Part shown: piece after piece, positions 51,041 through 64,000 of the stretch
Layout: every line of letters begins with the position of its first letter
Position numbering within the stretch: position 1 is the stretch's first letter
NCBI GenBank assembly: GCA_013265495.1
Contig: MU057521.1
Location: forward strand, 2,120,335 to 2,184,334
Reading direction: 5' to 3'
From: Vicugna vicugna
Lineage: Eukaryota
Length of the DNA: 64,000 nt
Notes under the pieces: model-generated
What the model saw: only the letters and a program-made list of their open reading frames with translations
The model's database searches: none
Told to the model about the DNA's origin: nothing
Position numbers and translations under genes: made by a program

Positions 51041-54000
51041 GGAAAACTCTGGAATTTCTACTGCTTAAGAAACACAACTTAAAAAAGGCTTGTGTAGCCT
51101 TTTATGAGGAACTAAGATAGAAAGTATCTGTTGCAGAGCACAGTAGTCATTGGTTGACTGGAGACTTCTCGTGCAAAAGCCTAGTTGTGGCAGACAGCTT
51201 TTGGAAAGTAACTGGTTAAGAAATAAAACTTTTTAATCATAAGAAATGATATATGATGACTGTAGGAAATTTGGAAGGTACAGGAAACTGTAGAAACAAA
51301 CTAAAAATCGTCTTTAATTTCATTAGCCAGAGATAACTACTGTTAAAATTATTTTATGCATTTTCTTTAAATCTTGTAAGTACACAGACATACACATAAA
51401 CATACACATGTCAAACAACCTTAAATGCATTACAGCAAGAAACCAGAGTTCCCATATGTATATATATTTCTTAATCTACTCTTATGTAACTTAATCTTGT
51501 GAGTATTACTCTTTGAAAACTTTTATTTAGTTTTTTCCTTATTGACAGATGTTTAGCTAGCGTCTAGTTTTTCTGTTATAAATAATACTACTATGGACAT
51601 TTCTGTACATTAATCATTGACCTTTTCTGTAATTATTTCCTTAAGAAAGACTTCTAAAAGCTGTATTATTGGGTTGAAGGAGATGAATATTAAAAAGGTG
51701 ACATATTGCTAAATTATTTCCTGGAAGAGTTGACCAATTTACATTTCTACCAGTTGTATTGAAACTTTATTTTTACTGGATATTTTGGTAAGATTGCATT
51801 TTGATTCTTATATTTATTCCTTTTGTCCTGTAAGAATTATACATGAAAAGAAAATTAGAAAATCTTTTACATATATAGCTATTTGAACAACTAAATGTGA
51901 AGTCACCAGATCACATTGCTCTGTCAACTAATGGATTAAAACCCAGTTATTAATGAACTAATGTGTTTAATTTTTATTTCATTTTTTTGTCACATCCAAA
52001 GGCATTCCACATCCATTTTCTAGAGTAATTGAGCTCTTTTGGGTTACTTAAAGACAGGCTTTTGCTCTTTGACCGTTACATCCAAAAAGAACATAAGGAG
52101 AAGGGGTCCAACCCCTTCTTCAGTTTCACTTTGCAAGATTTTGAGGCCCAGAGAAGTTGAATTTTTTGCTGATGATTAATACACGGCGAGCAGTGGAGTG
52201 TGGCTCAGAACTGACTCCAGGATGAATCGTCTTTCTCACACTGTCACTTCTCTTTTCTCCACATCCATCAACCAAATCCATGTGATTCGATACTGAACTT
52301 TCTGCTTGGCTATCACTTTACACACACTGTTAAGGATTTTGAAGACAAATTACGCCACTTAAACCTGCTTATCTGTGGTTTACCTTTGGGGTCCTGTTCT
52401 TTATTTTTTTCCCCACTCTCTTCATTATTTTTCCCCCTTAAGTTTCCTTCTTAGTAGACTTTCATGTAAATTTATGTAAATTAGCAGAATTCATGCAACT
52501 TATATTCCAAAACAGGTTATCATTTAATATAAAACATCTTCTAGATGAAATTTTAGGCTTCTCAAACGCTAGAAGATGATAAGATAAGAAGCAGGAAAGC
52601 ATATTAAGCAGTTGGATTCTCGAAGTGGACATAGGGTAAAGGATTCTAAATCTGTGGTTTTGGACATTTTTTTTCTGTCTGAGTCAGAAGCACTAAGGTA
52701 AAGTTGCCTTATCTTTCCTGACTCAGTTTCTCCATGTGTGAAAAGGAGATAACAGTCCTCAGCAACTAGAGGGAACCTTTACTGTGCGATTTCTGTGAAT
52801 TGTTGGAAACGCTAAAGATTCTGGTCTATTCCTTTGTTGTTCGGGAGAGCTGTCATCTGCGTCGGTGGGAATCACACTCATCAGTGGGGAAAAAAAAACT
52901 TGATGTTTTGTAGGTATTTGGGGAGAGCACTCAAGAGTTTGTGGCTGAAATTCGCCTTCTTGGAAAAGAAGGGAAAGAGGGAGAAAACGATTCTGAGCAT
53001 GCTGCAACAAAGCTCCTTTGAGTTGTTCCCGGGAGTGCCTGGGTGTGTCAAGCCGTCCCCAGCCAGGGTGCTGAGTAATCAAGTTATAATATTTGCAATG
53101 TTTCAACCTACAGGTGAGAAAAAAATACCAACAAAACAGTCTCCTAGGCTATTAAATATTTGGGCTGATGACTACTTTTGTTGAACTACAGGAAATTATT
53201 GCTTGATAAAATTGTATAATGAATGAATGGCTAATTCGTGAAGTGGTATTTCTTCCCTTCTATCCCTTACCCCCCAAATCTACTCTTTCAGATACAAAGT
53301 CAATAACATGGTTTTGTGGTAAATAAAAGAGAGATAAGAAAATTATAGATTATTTTTGGAATTATAGAGAAAATGCTTCCTCCTACAAGCAGGTATATCA
53401 TTTCCCACTAATTTTTCTTTTAAAGAAACATTTATTTCCAAGAGTCAAAATTATGTTTGGGCTTCCTTGGGCATTGTGAATCCCTGTCTCTGGAAGTGTT
53501 TCTGCCCAGGTTGGGCAAGCACTCAGCAGAAGTGTTGTAGAGGGAATTCAGACATCAAAAGGGACAATGGACAAAGATTTCAGGTTTAAGATTTCTGATT
53601 TAAGTGCAAGTCTCTTAAAATTTTTGGATCACAGTAGCAAGCATGCAGCAGGTAGTCAATAAATGAGTTTAGTGAATTAATTGCGAATATTCTGCACCAG
53701 CCTTTTGGCCATTATGATGATTCTGCAAGCCTGTCCTGCCTGAGGACTAGGCAAAGTGGCAGTAATAACCACGGGTTGCACCGTACACTTTCTATGTATT
53801 GTCTGTCTCTTCATGTATGGATGTGTCTCATGTTACAAATGAGGAAACTGAGGCTAGAGAGGTTAAGCACTCTGTCTAGGATTTCTCAAGCAGTGAGTGG
53901 TAGAGTCAGTTTCCAAATTTATGATTCGGCTCTTAAACCCGTATTTCCCCACTACTGCTGGATAGTGTTATTTTCAAGAAATATCCTGCCCACTTCACCC

Positions 54001-54844
54001 TCTTACGACCTTCTTGCCTCTATTTGCTCCCCTGATGGCTGAAATTCTACTTTCAGAGTTTAACTCATTTAATGTATGACTTTGATCCTAGTTGGTAATC
54101 AGATACCCGGGGCATGGGGGGAAGGGAAGCTATTAGTCACTCTTAGTTTAGCAAAATGTGTTGCTCTCATTCATTTAGTCGACAAGCATTAATTGACTAC
54201 ACATTGTCTATCAAGACCATACCAAGTGTTGGCATTACAAAAATGCGTGAGTCTTGGTCCTTACCTTTAAGATTCTCATAGTGAGATAAAGGAGACCTAC
54301 AGTAAAGAGATTATTGTGAGACAGTGTGGTAAATGAACAACAGAGAATATTAGGCGAGCACAGCAGATAAGTAATTGGTTCAGTTACAAGTCCCTTCCTG
54401 AGAACAGCTTCTGTAGGAAAGGAGTGGGTCCTCCTGAAAGAAGGAGCTGAGGAAGACAGGAAAATGCAAAGAGCAGGCTCCACCTGCAGAGAGATTTCAG
54501 GACAAAGCTGGGTAATCCTAATCAACCTATTTTATTGGGAACCCCATCAACAATTTCTCCCATCAGTTTGGTACTACATATTTTGCTAAGTATAATTAAT
54601 TTAATGTATATATCTTCTTCTTTCTTTTGTGATCACCTTTCTGTTTAAAAGGTGGCTACCTCTTTTGGCACCTAGCAGAATGAGGTTAGGGTGCTTTCTG
54701 TGGTGCCACCATATTTAAGAAGTATGAATTATTACGACCATCACATATTCCTTCTATTTTATATAACATTTCACCTTCCGGTCCCACGTGGGTTTCTAGG
54801 ATTACCCTTTTGTATATATGTATTCAGCCCAAGGCTGGATCCAC

Positions 54845-55020
54845 CGACAGCCCCTTCCTGCCTGAGCATGTTGGAGGCCTTTAGAAGCTGGGCAGACAAC
54901 AGCAACTTCATCCTGAATCATTTTTTTTTCAATCGTGGACAAGCTGCCAAGAGGCATGAATAAGAGCTGAGAATGCAGAAGTGGGAGGGACCGAGGGAGG
55001 GCAGGTTGGGCGTGGTAACA
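54845..55020 (+). promoter_or_regulatory. SERPINB5: SERPINB5 proximal promoter
   Basis: ETS core CTTCCT (about 54854), p53/p63-type half-sites GAGCATGTTG (54864-54873) and GGACAAGCTG (54937-54946), AP-1-like TGAATCA (54914-54920) and GGGCGTGG boxes. Layout matches the human maspin promoter as recalled. Confidence 0.8.
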
Positions 55021-55152
55021 ATGGGCGTGGCCCGGGAGGCGCCCAGGTGAGCCAGGCCTCTGCTTCTGCCCCACAGACTTCCTTCCACATCAAGGTCCTT
55101 CTGCACCTGGTTTTCCTTTCCCCTGTGTTTCCCAGGATCGCTATAACCTCAG
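55020..55152 (+). other. SERPINB5: SERPINB5 non-coding exon 1 (start approximate)
   Basis: Resembles the human maspin 5' UTR (GCCCAGGTGAGCC...TGCTTCTGCCC...CCACATC.AGGTC) and ends CAG|GTAAGC at 55152/55153. Confidence 0.8.
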
Positions 55153-58100
55153 GTAAGCAAAGTGTGGGTAGCAGGGCTAGGGATTTCCTCTTTGGCAAGT
55201 CTTAAAAGAAAATAATTCTTTGAGCTGATTTGAGATGGTGAAAAAAGTCGACAAAATGGCTTATTTTCAAGGGTAGACTGTCGGTGTCAGTACAGCTATA
55301 TACCCTCACGTGGGCTGCATTTCCAGCGCCCAGTCCTTTGGGAGCTAGGAAAGCCAGGCAGGGAGCAAAATCACTTAACCGCGCAAGGTAAGAATATGAA
55401 GAAACAGCATGGTTGGGAGGTTTTGGTGGTGGGGGTACCCAGCGGTGATTTGCCAAGGAGAAGGTTATTCTGAGGGCATTTTCAGCCCTACCTTGGAACT
55501 CAGAATGAGTTTTGCCGTGCTAGTTTCAGAAAGAGTGTGGCTCAAAACCTGGAGAAAGTGGAGCTGCATATGAGTGTGTGGCTCCCCTTCCTGGTTGGCC
55601 CTGTGGGGTGAGATTCAGACTTCGGAAGTGCTCTTTTGGGCATTTTAAAGCATCCAGTCAGCATCCACTTATTTGCAATCGCATTCTTCCAGGCAGCAAA
55701 TATCCTCCCTCCCTGTTTCTGGGTGTCAGGATACTTGAAGCAAGTCACAGATTTCAAAGGTGTGTTCTCGGGCGACTTTTCGCATAGGTTGTTCATAGAT
55801 TCTTCCTCATTGATGCCACTGTTTTGATGGCTTTCTTTAAGTGTGTCCCACTAAAGGTCAGCTTAACAGACTAGGCTTGTGATCAGATTAGGCTCAGATT
55901 TGCAGAACTGAGTGGATGAGGATCAGGGACTCATAGCGGTAAAGTGGTGAACACAGTCCCCTAGCTTATATGGGGCAGGATAAAGTGGAATCCAAGCCTT
56001 CAAACTCACAATGAGTGGACTGCTCCTGAACACCATGGATTTTTTTTTAACAGCTTTGTCACCCCTACATCACTGAAGAGGTTTTGACTAGAATTAGGCG
56101 TCCAAGCCCAGTCCCCACCAACATATGCAGGTGTTTGATGGGTTCTTGGATGGGTGGAGAGATGGAAGCTTGTCTGAAGAAAGAATTCTCTGTATGAGTC
56201 AGGTTTTTTTTTTTTTTTTTTGAATCTTTGCTTCCTAACACCTGAATCCTGCCACTTCAGTCCCTCTGGGTTGTAGGTTAACTTTGATGGTATGAGTGTC
56301 AGCAGTCTTGGGCGTTCTGGTATGGCGAGCCTGGCTCCAGTTTACTGTTAGGCAGCAGTGGGATGGCTCAGCGGTCAAGATCAGACTTCTAAGCAGATGG
56401 GAACAGATGTGATATCTCAGAGCATCTGAGCAAAGCACAGGCTCCCCCACCATCTGAAATTAAAAATTAACATTATTAAGAGCCACGGCGTCCTTTCCGG
56501 CTAACAAAGTACTTTTCATGTGCGTTTGCTTATTTCATCACTTCATTAATCCTCCTGATACTCCTTCACATGACAGAAGCTGCACGATCTCCTGCTTTCT
56601 TAATCTGGCTCTGACTTTTTTCCTTGTGAGTTTAGAAAGTAAACAGCAGAGACTGTGTTTTTAGACATTTCATTATAGCTGTTGTAATAGGCAAAATTTC
56701 TCAAGGCATTACCTAAGGACCAGCTCCCCAAAAGGGCCTTTATCTCACCCGCATGGTCTACAGATAAAAAGTCTGAGAAATCTTGGTGCAAGGGCTGATG
56801 AGCAGCTGCAAGTCTAGAGAAGTGAGCTCCCCGCCCCTCCTGACGTTCATTCGGGACTCCTGACCGTCTCTGAACTCTTTCACTTCTCTCTGGCACGCAT
56901 TCTTGCATGGCTAACTCCTTCTTATTCTTTAGGACTCATCTGTAATGGGACTTAACAGATGTCACTGTCTCCGAGGAGACCTCACTGAGAATCCTACTGT
57001 GAGTGTGCTGTCTCCCCTCAGGGCAGCACCATAACTTTGCCCCCCATCAAGACACTCTGCACGCCAACAACACACGCCATGCTCCTTGGAGGCAGGGACC
57101 ATTCTGTGTTCACCTTGGATTTCTTAATATCTAGCTCAGTGCCTGACACACATTATCAGGTACTCAGTTAATAATTAAATGAAAGCAATATAATATTAAA
57201 AATTTGCAACGTAAGTGGCAGAATGAGAACAAGACGTTCTTCAAGAAGGAAAATCAGGAAAAAAGTTCTATGTTGATGAAAAAAAAATGTAAGAAAGGAA
57301 AAAGAAGAAAACATGTAAGGTATCTTGTTATTTCTAAAAGAGTAATCAGGATACATAGGATTTTTGGAACTCTAAGGACCCCTGAGAGAACAAATGCCAG
57401 CAAAGACGCAACTGCTGAGAAGGAGGGTGACAAGGTGTGGTCGGAACTCCCGCGCTGGGACACAGAAGTGAGTGCTAGGTCTGGTTTTACCACTCTCACT
57501 CCCTGCGTGGGTGGCCTGGGAGACTCACTTCATCGCTGTTGGCCTCCCTTTCCTCATCTGTAAAATGAAGAGGTGGGGCCAGACTAGATCCATTCCAAGA
57601 TCTTGTCCCACTTTAAAGGTTTGTGACTTTAGGACATACTGCAAATTAAAAAAAAAAAGGCAACTTTACAATTAAATTCTTACAACTCTTTGTTGCTTGT
57701 GTGTTGCATTTGTATTACTACCTAAACTTCCATCTTACGTTTCCCTGGTTAAAATAAAAGTGCCTCTTAAACCTTTAAGTGACTAAAAGATGTAGAGGTT
57801 TCTACATTGGAGCTGTAAATAAAATTCTCTTTATTTATTATTTTCATTAGAAGGTTTTTATGAAAATGAAGGACGTTATTTCTGTAACAATGTGATAATC
57901 AAATGAAAAAAGATCTGCAGAGATTTTAGCACTGAACACGTCATTAGACATGTAAATTTACTATTTAAGAATTGCTAATCTCTATTTTTGAACCTGTGAT
58001 TTTTATAGCATTTGCTCATGCAAAATGGTCTGTGCAGTGCTAAATTTTCCTGGGAATGTAGTGCTAAAGTTGCTGAGATTTGTTTAAATGCTTTGTGTTG

Positions 58101-59602
58101 CTGCACAGCAAGGTGGCAATTGCCCGTGGCCAAAATCATCCCTTGAACTGCCTCAAACCAGATCAGCTTGACAGTGTTTTTAGGTCACTTGGGACAAATC
58201 ACCACCAAGCAACAGATCAGATTTACTATACAGTATTTGATTGATTACTTAGCTGGTGATCATTTGCTGCTATGGACACCTCAGATGTCAGGTGTGCCTT
58301 TGATTTACATTTTCCAACAGGGACTGAATCTAAGCCTTGAATTGCAACACAGTGTTCATCATATTGTGTAATTAGCTGTACTAAAAGCCACCATGACCTT
58401 GTACTCACGTGGAGCCATTAGGTGAAATGAATCTCAAAATGTTATAATGAATGAATAAATAATACCTCAGTGGAATGAAATGGCATTTCCTTACCCTTTG
58501 ATCAACCTCTTGGATCCACTTTTAAGTGTTTGCAGTCAACTCCCTCAGCAGATAACTTCAAGGCCTTAAAGACACAAAGGAAATCAGACTTTAAATTTTG
58601 TTATGAACTATGCAAAATTATTCTAATTTCTCCTCTTGGGTGGTTGGAAACACATGCTGAGAAGAACTACTGGTGTTTGTTAAAGCACAGTTGGTATGTT
58701 TTCATATTATTATTAGTGTGGGTAGGCCTTGAGTTGTTGAAGTTTTGAGAAGTTCATGGGGATTTGGGTTTAGGCTTCTCTATTTGTTGAAGAAATAGCT
58801 CATTTAGGCTTTTCTATTTGGTGGAGAAATAGCTGGTGTCGAATTTTAGTCATAGATGAACTCAGCATTATCAGTGTTAAATTTGCAGCTGGAGATAAGC
58901 CAGATTTCTTGTTCTGAAAGTCTTGTCCTGAAAGCCTGTTTGGGATTCCCCAAACCTTTAGAGACGGTTCTTTTAATTTCCCCGTGGTGGACATAGTGGT
59001 CGAAACGCCCCACACTTCCATTCCTGTCTCCTTGCCCTCTGCTCGCCTCGTGCTGGTCTGCTTCCAAGGAAGCAGACACGTCATCTGGCCTCTGGAAAAC
59101 ACTGTGTATTTGTGAGAGATTGAGAGTGAAAGGCAAATAGTGTCTAAGTATTATCATGAAGCGTTTTGACCTCATGGACCCACTGGAAGGGTCTTAGGGA
59201 CCACCAGGGGTCTATGGACACCACCTGGAGAAGCTGTGCATCAGAATGCAGGTTCTCAGACAGGAGCAGAGGCTCACTGCTGCTGTGGCCACTTTACCAG
59301 GCTCCATATTTTTAGCTGAAGCTGCCCCCTCTCTCTTTTTCCTTTACCTCCCATGTTCCTTGTTCTGCTGCTCACATGGCACAGGAAGCCCTGACTCCAC
59401 TCACTTGTCTACGTATCTTCCCAAAGAGATGGGAAACTCAGAGAAGTGGGCAGGGCAGAGAACTCAGGTGATCCTTACAACACGTTGTGTAGTATCTTCC
59501 ACATAGTAGGTCATGTACTAACCACAGAAACAATAGCAGAGCCTCCTTCCTTGTTTATTAAACACTGCTGGGTGCCGGGTGCCCTACGAAGGCATTACTT
59601 AT

Positions 59603-60088
59603 TGTATTAGTCTCCTAGGGCTGTTGTAGTAAAGAACCACAAATTGGGTGGCTTAAAACAGTAGAAATTTATCCTCCCACAATTCTGGAGGCCAGAAGTC
59701 TGAAATCCAGGTGCTGGCAGAGCTGGGCTCTCCCTGCAAGCTCTAGGGGAGAATCTGTTCCCATGCCTTTCTCTTGCTTCTAGTGTTGCCCATGATCCTT
59801 GGTGTTCTTGGCTCGTGAAAGCATCACTCCAATAATCTCTGCCTCTGTGGTCACATGGCCTTCTCCCTGCGTGTTTTCACATCATCTTCCCTCTGTGTAT
59901 GTCCGTCTTTGTGTCTTTCCCCCTGTTTTTATAAGGACACCAATCGTATCAGATTAGGACCACGCTGAAGACCTCAATTTGATTAAATCTGCATAGACCC
60001 TATTTCCAAATAAGGTCACATTCATAGGTACCCAAGGGTGGGACTTCAACATATCTTTTGAGGAGGGGACACAGTGCAGCCCATAACA
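59603..60088 (-). mobile_element. Full-length solo MaLR LTR (MLT1C-like) in SERPINB5 intron 1
   Basis: TG...CA termini (TGTATTAGTCTCCTAGGGCTG ... GCCCATAACA), 486 bp, with 5-bp TSD CTTAT/CTTAC. Confidence 0.88.
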
Positions 60089-60563
60089 CTTACTAAATGT
60101 TAACTTTAACCACTCAAAACTGCTGTGATTTGACTATTTTTGATCTACAAAAAATTCAATTTTGTATAGTTGAACCTAAATCCTAACTAAAACAATATGG
60201 ATAAATAAAACCGTTGGATTTTGATCAGTGCTGTCAATTGTTCTGACCGCATGCAGAGGAAGAGGCATGACCACTGGGCTCCCAAAAATAGCCATTGTAG
60301 CCAAGTGAACCCAAATTTGGAGATTCTGGGCAGAGCTGTACACACAGAGGACCTCGCATGCTGGACATTCAGACCTTAGGACATTCGCTCAGATGTTTTT
60401 TCCACCACTGGCTTTAAAATTACTGAAAATTCCTTCCTCTTTTCTACCCAAGACCATTACTTTGTTTGACTACAATTTTTATTGCCTTGGCAGAGTGCAG
60501 TTGAGAACACGTTAAAGATGCTTTAGAAATAACCTCCCCCTTGTTCTTTGTTCCAGGCCCACA

Positions 60564-60731
60564 ATGGATGCCCTGCAACTGGCAAATTCAGCATTTGCAG
60601 TTGACCTGTTCAAACAACTGTGTGAAAAGGAGCCAGCGGGCAATGTCCTCTTCTCTCCAATCTGTCTCTCCACTTCTCTGTCACTTGCCCAAGTAGGTGC
60701 CAAAGGTGACACAGCGAACGAAATTGGTCAG
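60564..60731 (+). CDS. SERPINB5: SERPINB5 (maspin) first coding exon (exon 2 begins at 60557)
   Basis: MDALQLANSAFAVDLFKQLCEKEPAGNVLFSPICLSTSLSLAQVGAKGDTANEIGQ. Acceptor TTCCAG ends at 60556, donor GTAAGA from 60732. 168 nt. Confidence 0.97.
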
Positions 60732-61564
60732 GTAAGACCCACACACCTGGTTTCTGCTTTGAGTGGGAGCAGACTTATTAGAACATGTAGGCAGCGCCCA
60801 GGGAGAAAGGAAGGAGGCTCTGCAGTCAGAACTGCTCAGGATGGCGCATTTCTCTCACTCACTTCATCTGGCTTTAAATGTGAAGGCTCCTTATCTGTCC
60901 TGCAGCCCATAGTGCCTGTTTAGAACAGACACTATGTTGTGCTAGAAAACCTGGGGATCCACTAGGTGATCACACGTTCTCCACTAACAGGTAGTCTTTG
61001 GCAAGTCGCCCGACATCTTTCTGCCTGTTTAGTTGTTAAGCATCCATCAAGATGTTGTTTATCAGATGTTCTCCTGCAAACACCCCGACCAGCAAGAGTG
61101 TAACTCTGTACCCCTCTCTGATGCACAGAAGTCACTTGCGGCATCATGCTTTCTAGCAAGATGCAGGCTCAGCTGCATTCTAGTCTATAATGTGTTCTAC
61201 CCTGTTCTAGATCCCTGTGGGATAGATGAAATATATCCATGCTGATTTCAATATAGAAATAACATTTAAAATGATCTGCCTTTAAGTAACATGGATAAAT
61301 AAGATGGGCTGTGCTTATTTTTGACAATACTCCCTGGGGCTTGAGAGTACCATCTGAGAAGAATGGACTAAGACGATGTTTTACACACACACACACATGC
61401 TTATAGGTGTATGTATATACATGTGTACACATATAAATAAAAATTTTAAGAGTTTCTTTTTGGCTATGGTTGACTCTCTTTGTAAAATTCTTAGACCCTC
61501 AGATGAGATGATTTTCCAGGTTGTTAACATTTTAAGTCCTTATTTACTTTTATTTTATGATTCT

Positions 61565-62010
61565 TAAAAATTGAGGTATAATTGACATATAACATATTAG
61601 TTTCAGGTATACCATATAATGATCAATATTTGTATATATCACAAAATGACCATCACATCAAATCTAGTTAATAGCCGTCACCATACAGAGTTAGAAATTT
61701 TTTTTCTTTTTTTTCCCACTAAATCATGTTTTATTTGGTTTGTTTCATATTTGGGCTTTCTTTTTCTTTTCTTTTCTTTTTTTTTAAATTTTTTCTTTTA
61801 TTGAGTTACAGTCATTTTACAATGCTGTGTCAAAAATTTTTTTCTTGTGTTGAGAACTTTTAAGATCTACTCTCTTAGCAACTTGCAAACATGCAATACA
61901 GTATTCTTAAGTATAGTCCCCATGCTGTGCATTACATACTCATGACTTATTTTATAAATGGAAGTTTGCACCTTCAGAACCCCTTTACCCATTTCACCCC
62001 CATCCCCAAC
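61565..62010 (-). mobile_element. L1 3' end (antisense) containing a nested young L1 tail at about 61709-61833
   Basis: AATTGAGGTATAATTGACATATAACA...GAGAACTTTTAAGATCTACTCTCTTAGCAAC. The nested TTTTATTGAGTTACAGTCATTTTACAATGCTGTGTCAAA matches the young family. Confidence 0.8.
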
Positions 62011-63281
62011 CAGTTACCTTTAGATAGTAAGTGGAAGTCCATCAATTCCATTCCATTATTATTCTTTGATCATTCTAGTTCAACAGATACTTTCTTGCTG
62101 TGAGGTCATAAGCATTTAAAAAGGGGGTTCTTCTTATACCCATAAATCCCCCAAAAGTGTGGCCCACAGAATGTAATTTGGGTCAAGTTGAAGAATTTAC
62201 ACTCGCAGTTGACTGGGACTTGACAAGGAAACTTCCTTTGTGGGAAGAGGAGCTGTATCTTCTCATCTGTCCTCCTCTTTCAACTCCCAATCCTTATGCC
62301 ATCTCTCATTCCTCATTTCTCATCTCCCATTAGAGAGGGGACAGAAAGGCGACTTCCTGGCAGGGAGTCTGTTCCTCAGTAATAATAACGAAGGTCTTTT
62401 CAGGACATGCAGTTTTTCGCCTGCGGTAGTTACTTGGGTCCTTTAATTTTCTGGTCCTTTTGCCTGCCATTAGGCATGAGAGTTAGGCACGGCCTCAGAC
62501 CAGCCCGTTTGTCCCTTCGATACTGAGGCTGTGTGACTCATCCGTACATTGTGTCCGTTTAGTGATGTTACCTGAGGTGTGGCATCAGCACATGGTTATT
62601 ATGAGTGAGGAATGAGGAGAGAATCACCTTATCCTGTCAACACGTTTTGGGCTCGATGAAACAGTGGACTCTGGGCTATTGATTGGCACAATGGAAAAGT
62701 TACGAACAAAATAAAAGGATTTAAGCCCCCTAGGAGATAACATCCTAGTTTTGCGTGGCTTAGAACATTACTATAAGAATAATTACTAACGTTTTGAATC
62801 CATATGATATTTTAGGTGTGCTGCACAGAATGTCTGTATGCCTCATAGCAACTCAGAAGAGTAGGTATCCTCAGTCCATTTTACAGAGGGGAAGGTGAGG
62901 TTCTGAACTGTTGAGCAGGATTGCATTTCTAGTAGGTACAGGCTGGGATGCAAAGGCAGGCTATCTGACTGTAGCCCTCCTGGGCAACCCCCCATCTCCA
63001 GCAGCTGCCTACATTCAGTGATGCATCAGCCATTTGGCAGTTGTTAGAGCAACTGAGGGGACTAGATAGGCCCCGGCTAGAGACACCTCTATCCTGGAAT
63101 CTGATTCCTGCCTAGTGATTGTCTCTTTGGAATTAATCTCTTTCTTCTTGTCTCTAAATTGGATAGAAATCAGAACTCAACTTCCCTCTTTTCCAAGTTT
63201 GGAAAAGGGCAGAGAGGCATCATTCTGAAGAAAGGGCTCATTTTCCTTAGAGTCAATTCAAGAGCAGAGGGGCCTTTATGG

Positions 63282-63489
63282 CAGGGTTTCTCAGCTGGGG
63301 ACAGTTTTCCCCCTTCCCTACCCCAGCCTTCTCCGGGACACTGGGCAACATTTGAAGACATTTTTGTTGTCACAAATGGAGGAAGGAGCATTTCTGGCAC
63401 CCAGTAGGCGAGGATACTCAAGAAAGCCCCCCTACAACACAGAATTGTCCAGGCTGATACGTCAGTACCGCTGAGGTGGAGAAACCTTG
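63282..63489. mobile_element. MER20-like hAT DNA transposon
   Basis: TIRs CAGGGTTTCTCA and GGAGAAACCTTG, with internal GAAGACATTTTTGTTGTCACAA. Confidence 0.85.
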
Positions 63490-63606
63490 CTTTCCAGGAA
63501 CAATCAATGGTCAGGATGAAGCCCCAGGAGGCTGACCATGACCATGTGTCCATTGCAGCGGGAAGACGCGATGCTTCACGGGTCATGGGTTTTCCTCTCT
63601 TCACAG

Positions 63607-63744
63607 GTCCTTCATTTTGAAAATGTCAAAGATGTGCCCTTTGGATTTCAGACAGTAACATCGGATGTCAACAAACTTAGTTCCTTTTACTCACTGAAAT
63701 TAATCAAACGGCTGTACGTGGACAAATCTCTGAATCCTTCCACA
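63607..63744 (+). CDS. SERPINB5: SERPINB5 coding exon 3
   Basis: VLHFENVKDVPFGFQTVTSDVNKLSSFYSLKLIKRLYVDKSLNPST. Acceptor TCACAG ends at 63606, donor GTAAGT from 63745. 138 nt, phase 0. Confidence 0.97.
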
Positions 63745-64000
63745 GTAAGTGGTTCAAAGCAATTAGAGATTTGACTGTTTACCAGGAGTGGCATTTTCTC
63801 ATGCTTGGACCAACAACCTTTTTTCCTGTGAAATTAATTCCTAAGATGCTCATTTATGATTCATTTAAAATAAATTAGTTCTAGTGGAGAGGTTAAGTAG
63901 AGCAGGAATCAACTGCAGTCACATAGTGTAGTTTAAAATATAGGGAAGCTGTGAGCTTCCTTTTCCTTCTCAAACACTTGCAGGATCCCACCCTTCCTCT

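Noticed and set aside
60732..60923. Read-through of SERPINB5 exon 2 ORF into the intron (and similar run-ons at VPS4B exons 2-3)
   Set aside because: Similarity to the known protein ends exactly at canonical GT/AG splice sites.
63736..63738. Pro in maspin KSLNPST where human has Leu
   Set aside because: As recalled, other mammals such as mouse also have Pro, so it is not a notable variant.

Overview
Mammalian genomic DNA, very likely a camelid (camel, alpaca or llama), judged from five copies of a tRNA-derived vic-1-type SINE and several closely similar, probably young L1 3' ends. It holds two divergently oriented genes in the same arrangement as human 18q21.33. VPS4B is on the minus strand: coding exons 1-6 lie between 20504 and 14, with a CpG-island promoter at about 20.3-21.2 kb, and the gene continues off the left edge. 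SERPINB5 (maspin) is on the plus strand: non-coding exon 1 ends at 55152, coding exons 2-3 are at 60564-60731 and 63607-63744, and the gene continues off the right edge. The intergenic region carries an intronless RNASEK retrocopy with an intact 98-codon ORF (27783-28079, minus strand), inserted into an MLT1 LTR next to a 147-N assembly gap. The rest is mostly L1, L2, MIR, MaLR/ERVL and MER repeats. I cannot demonstrate a wholly new biological system. The best leads are: (1) the RNASEK retrocopy, which keeps its CpGs yet carries about 10 amino-acid changes; (2) an L1 3'-transduction signature in SERPINB5 intron 2; (3) a tight ATF4/NRF2/AP-1 motif cluster about 4.2 kb upstream of SERPINB5; (4) an upstream ATG plus internal splice donor in SERPINB5 exon 1 that could give an N-terminally extended maspin. 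Repeat family names and human comparisons come from memory, not from a database search.
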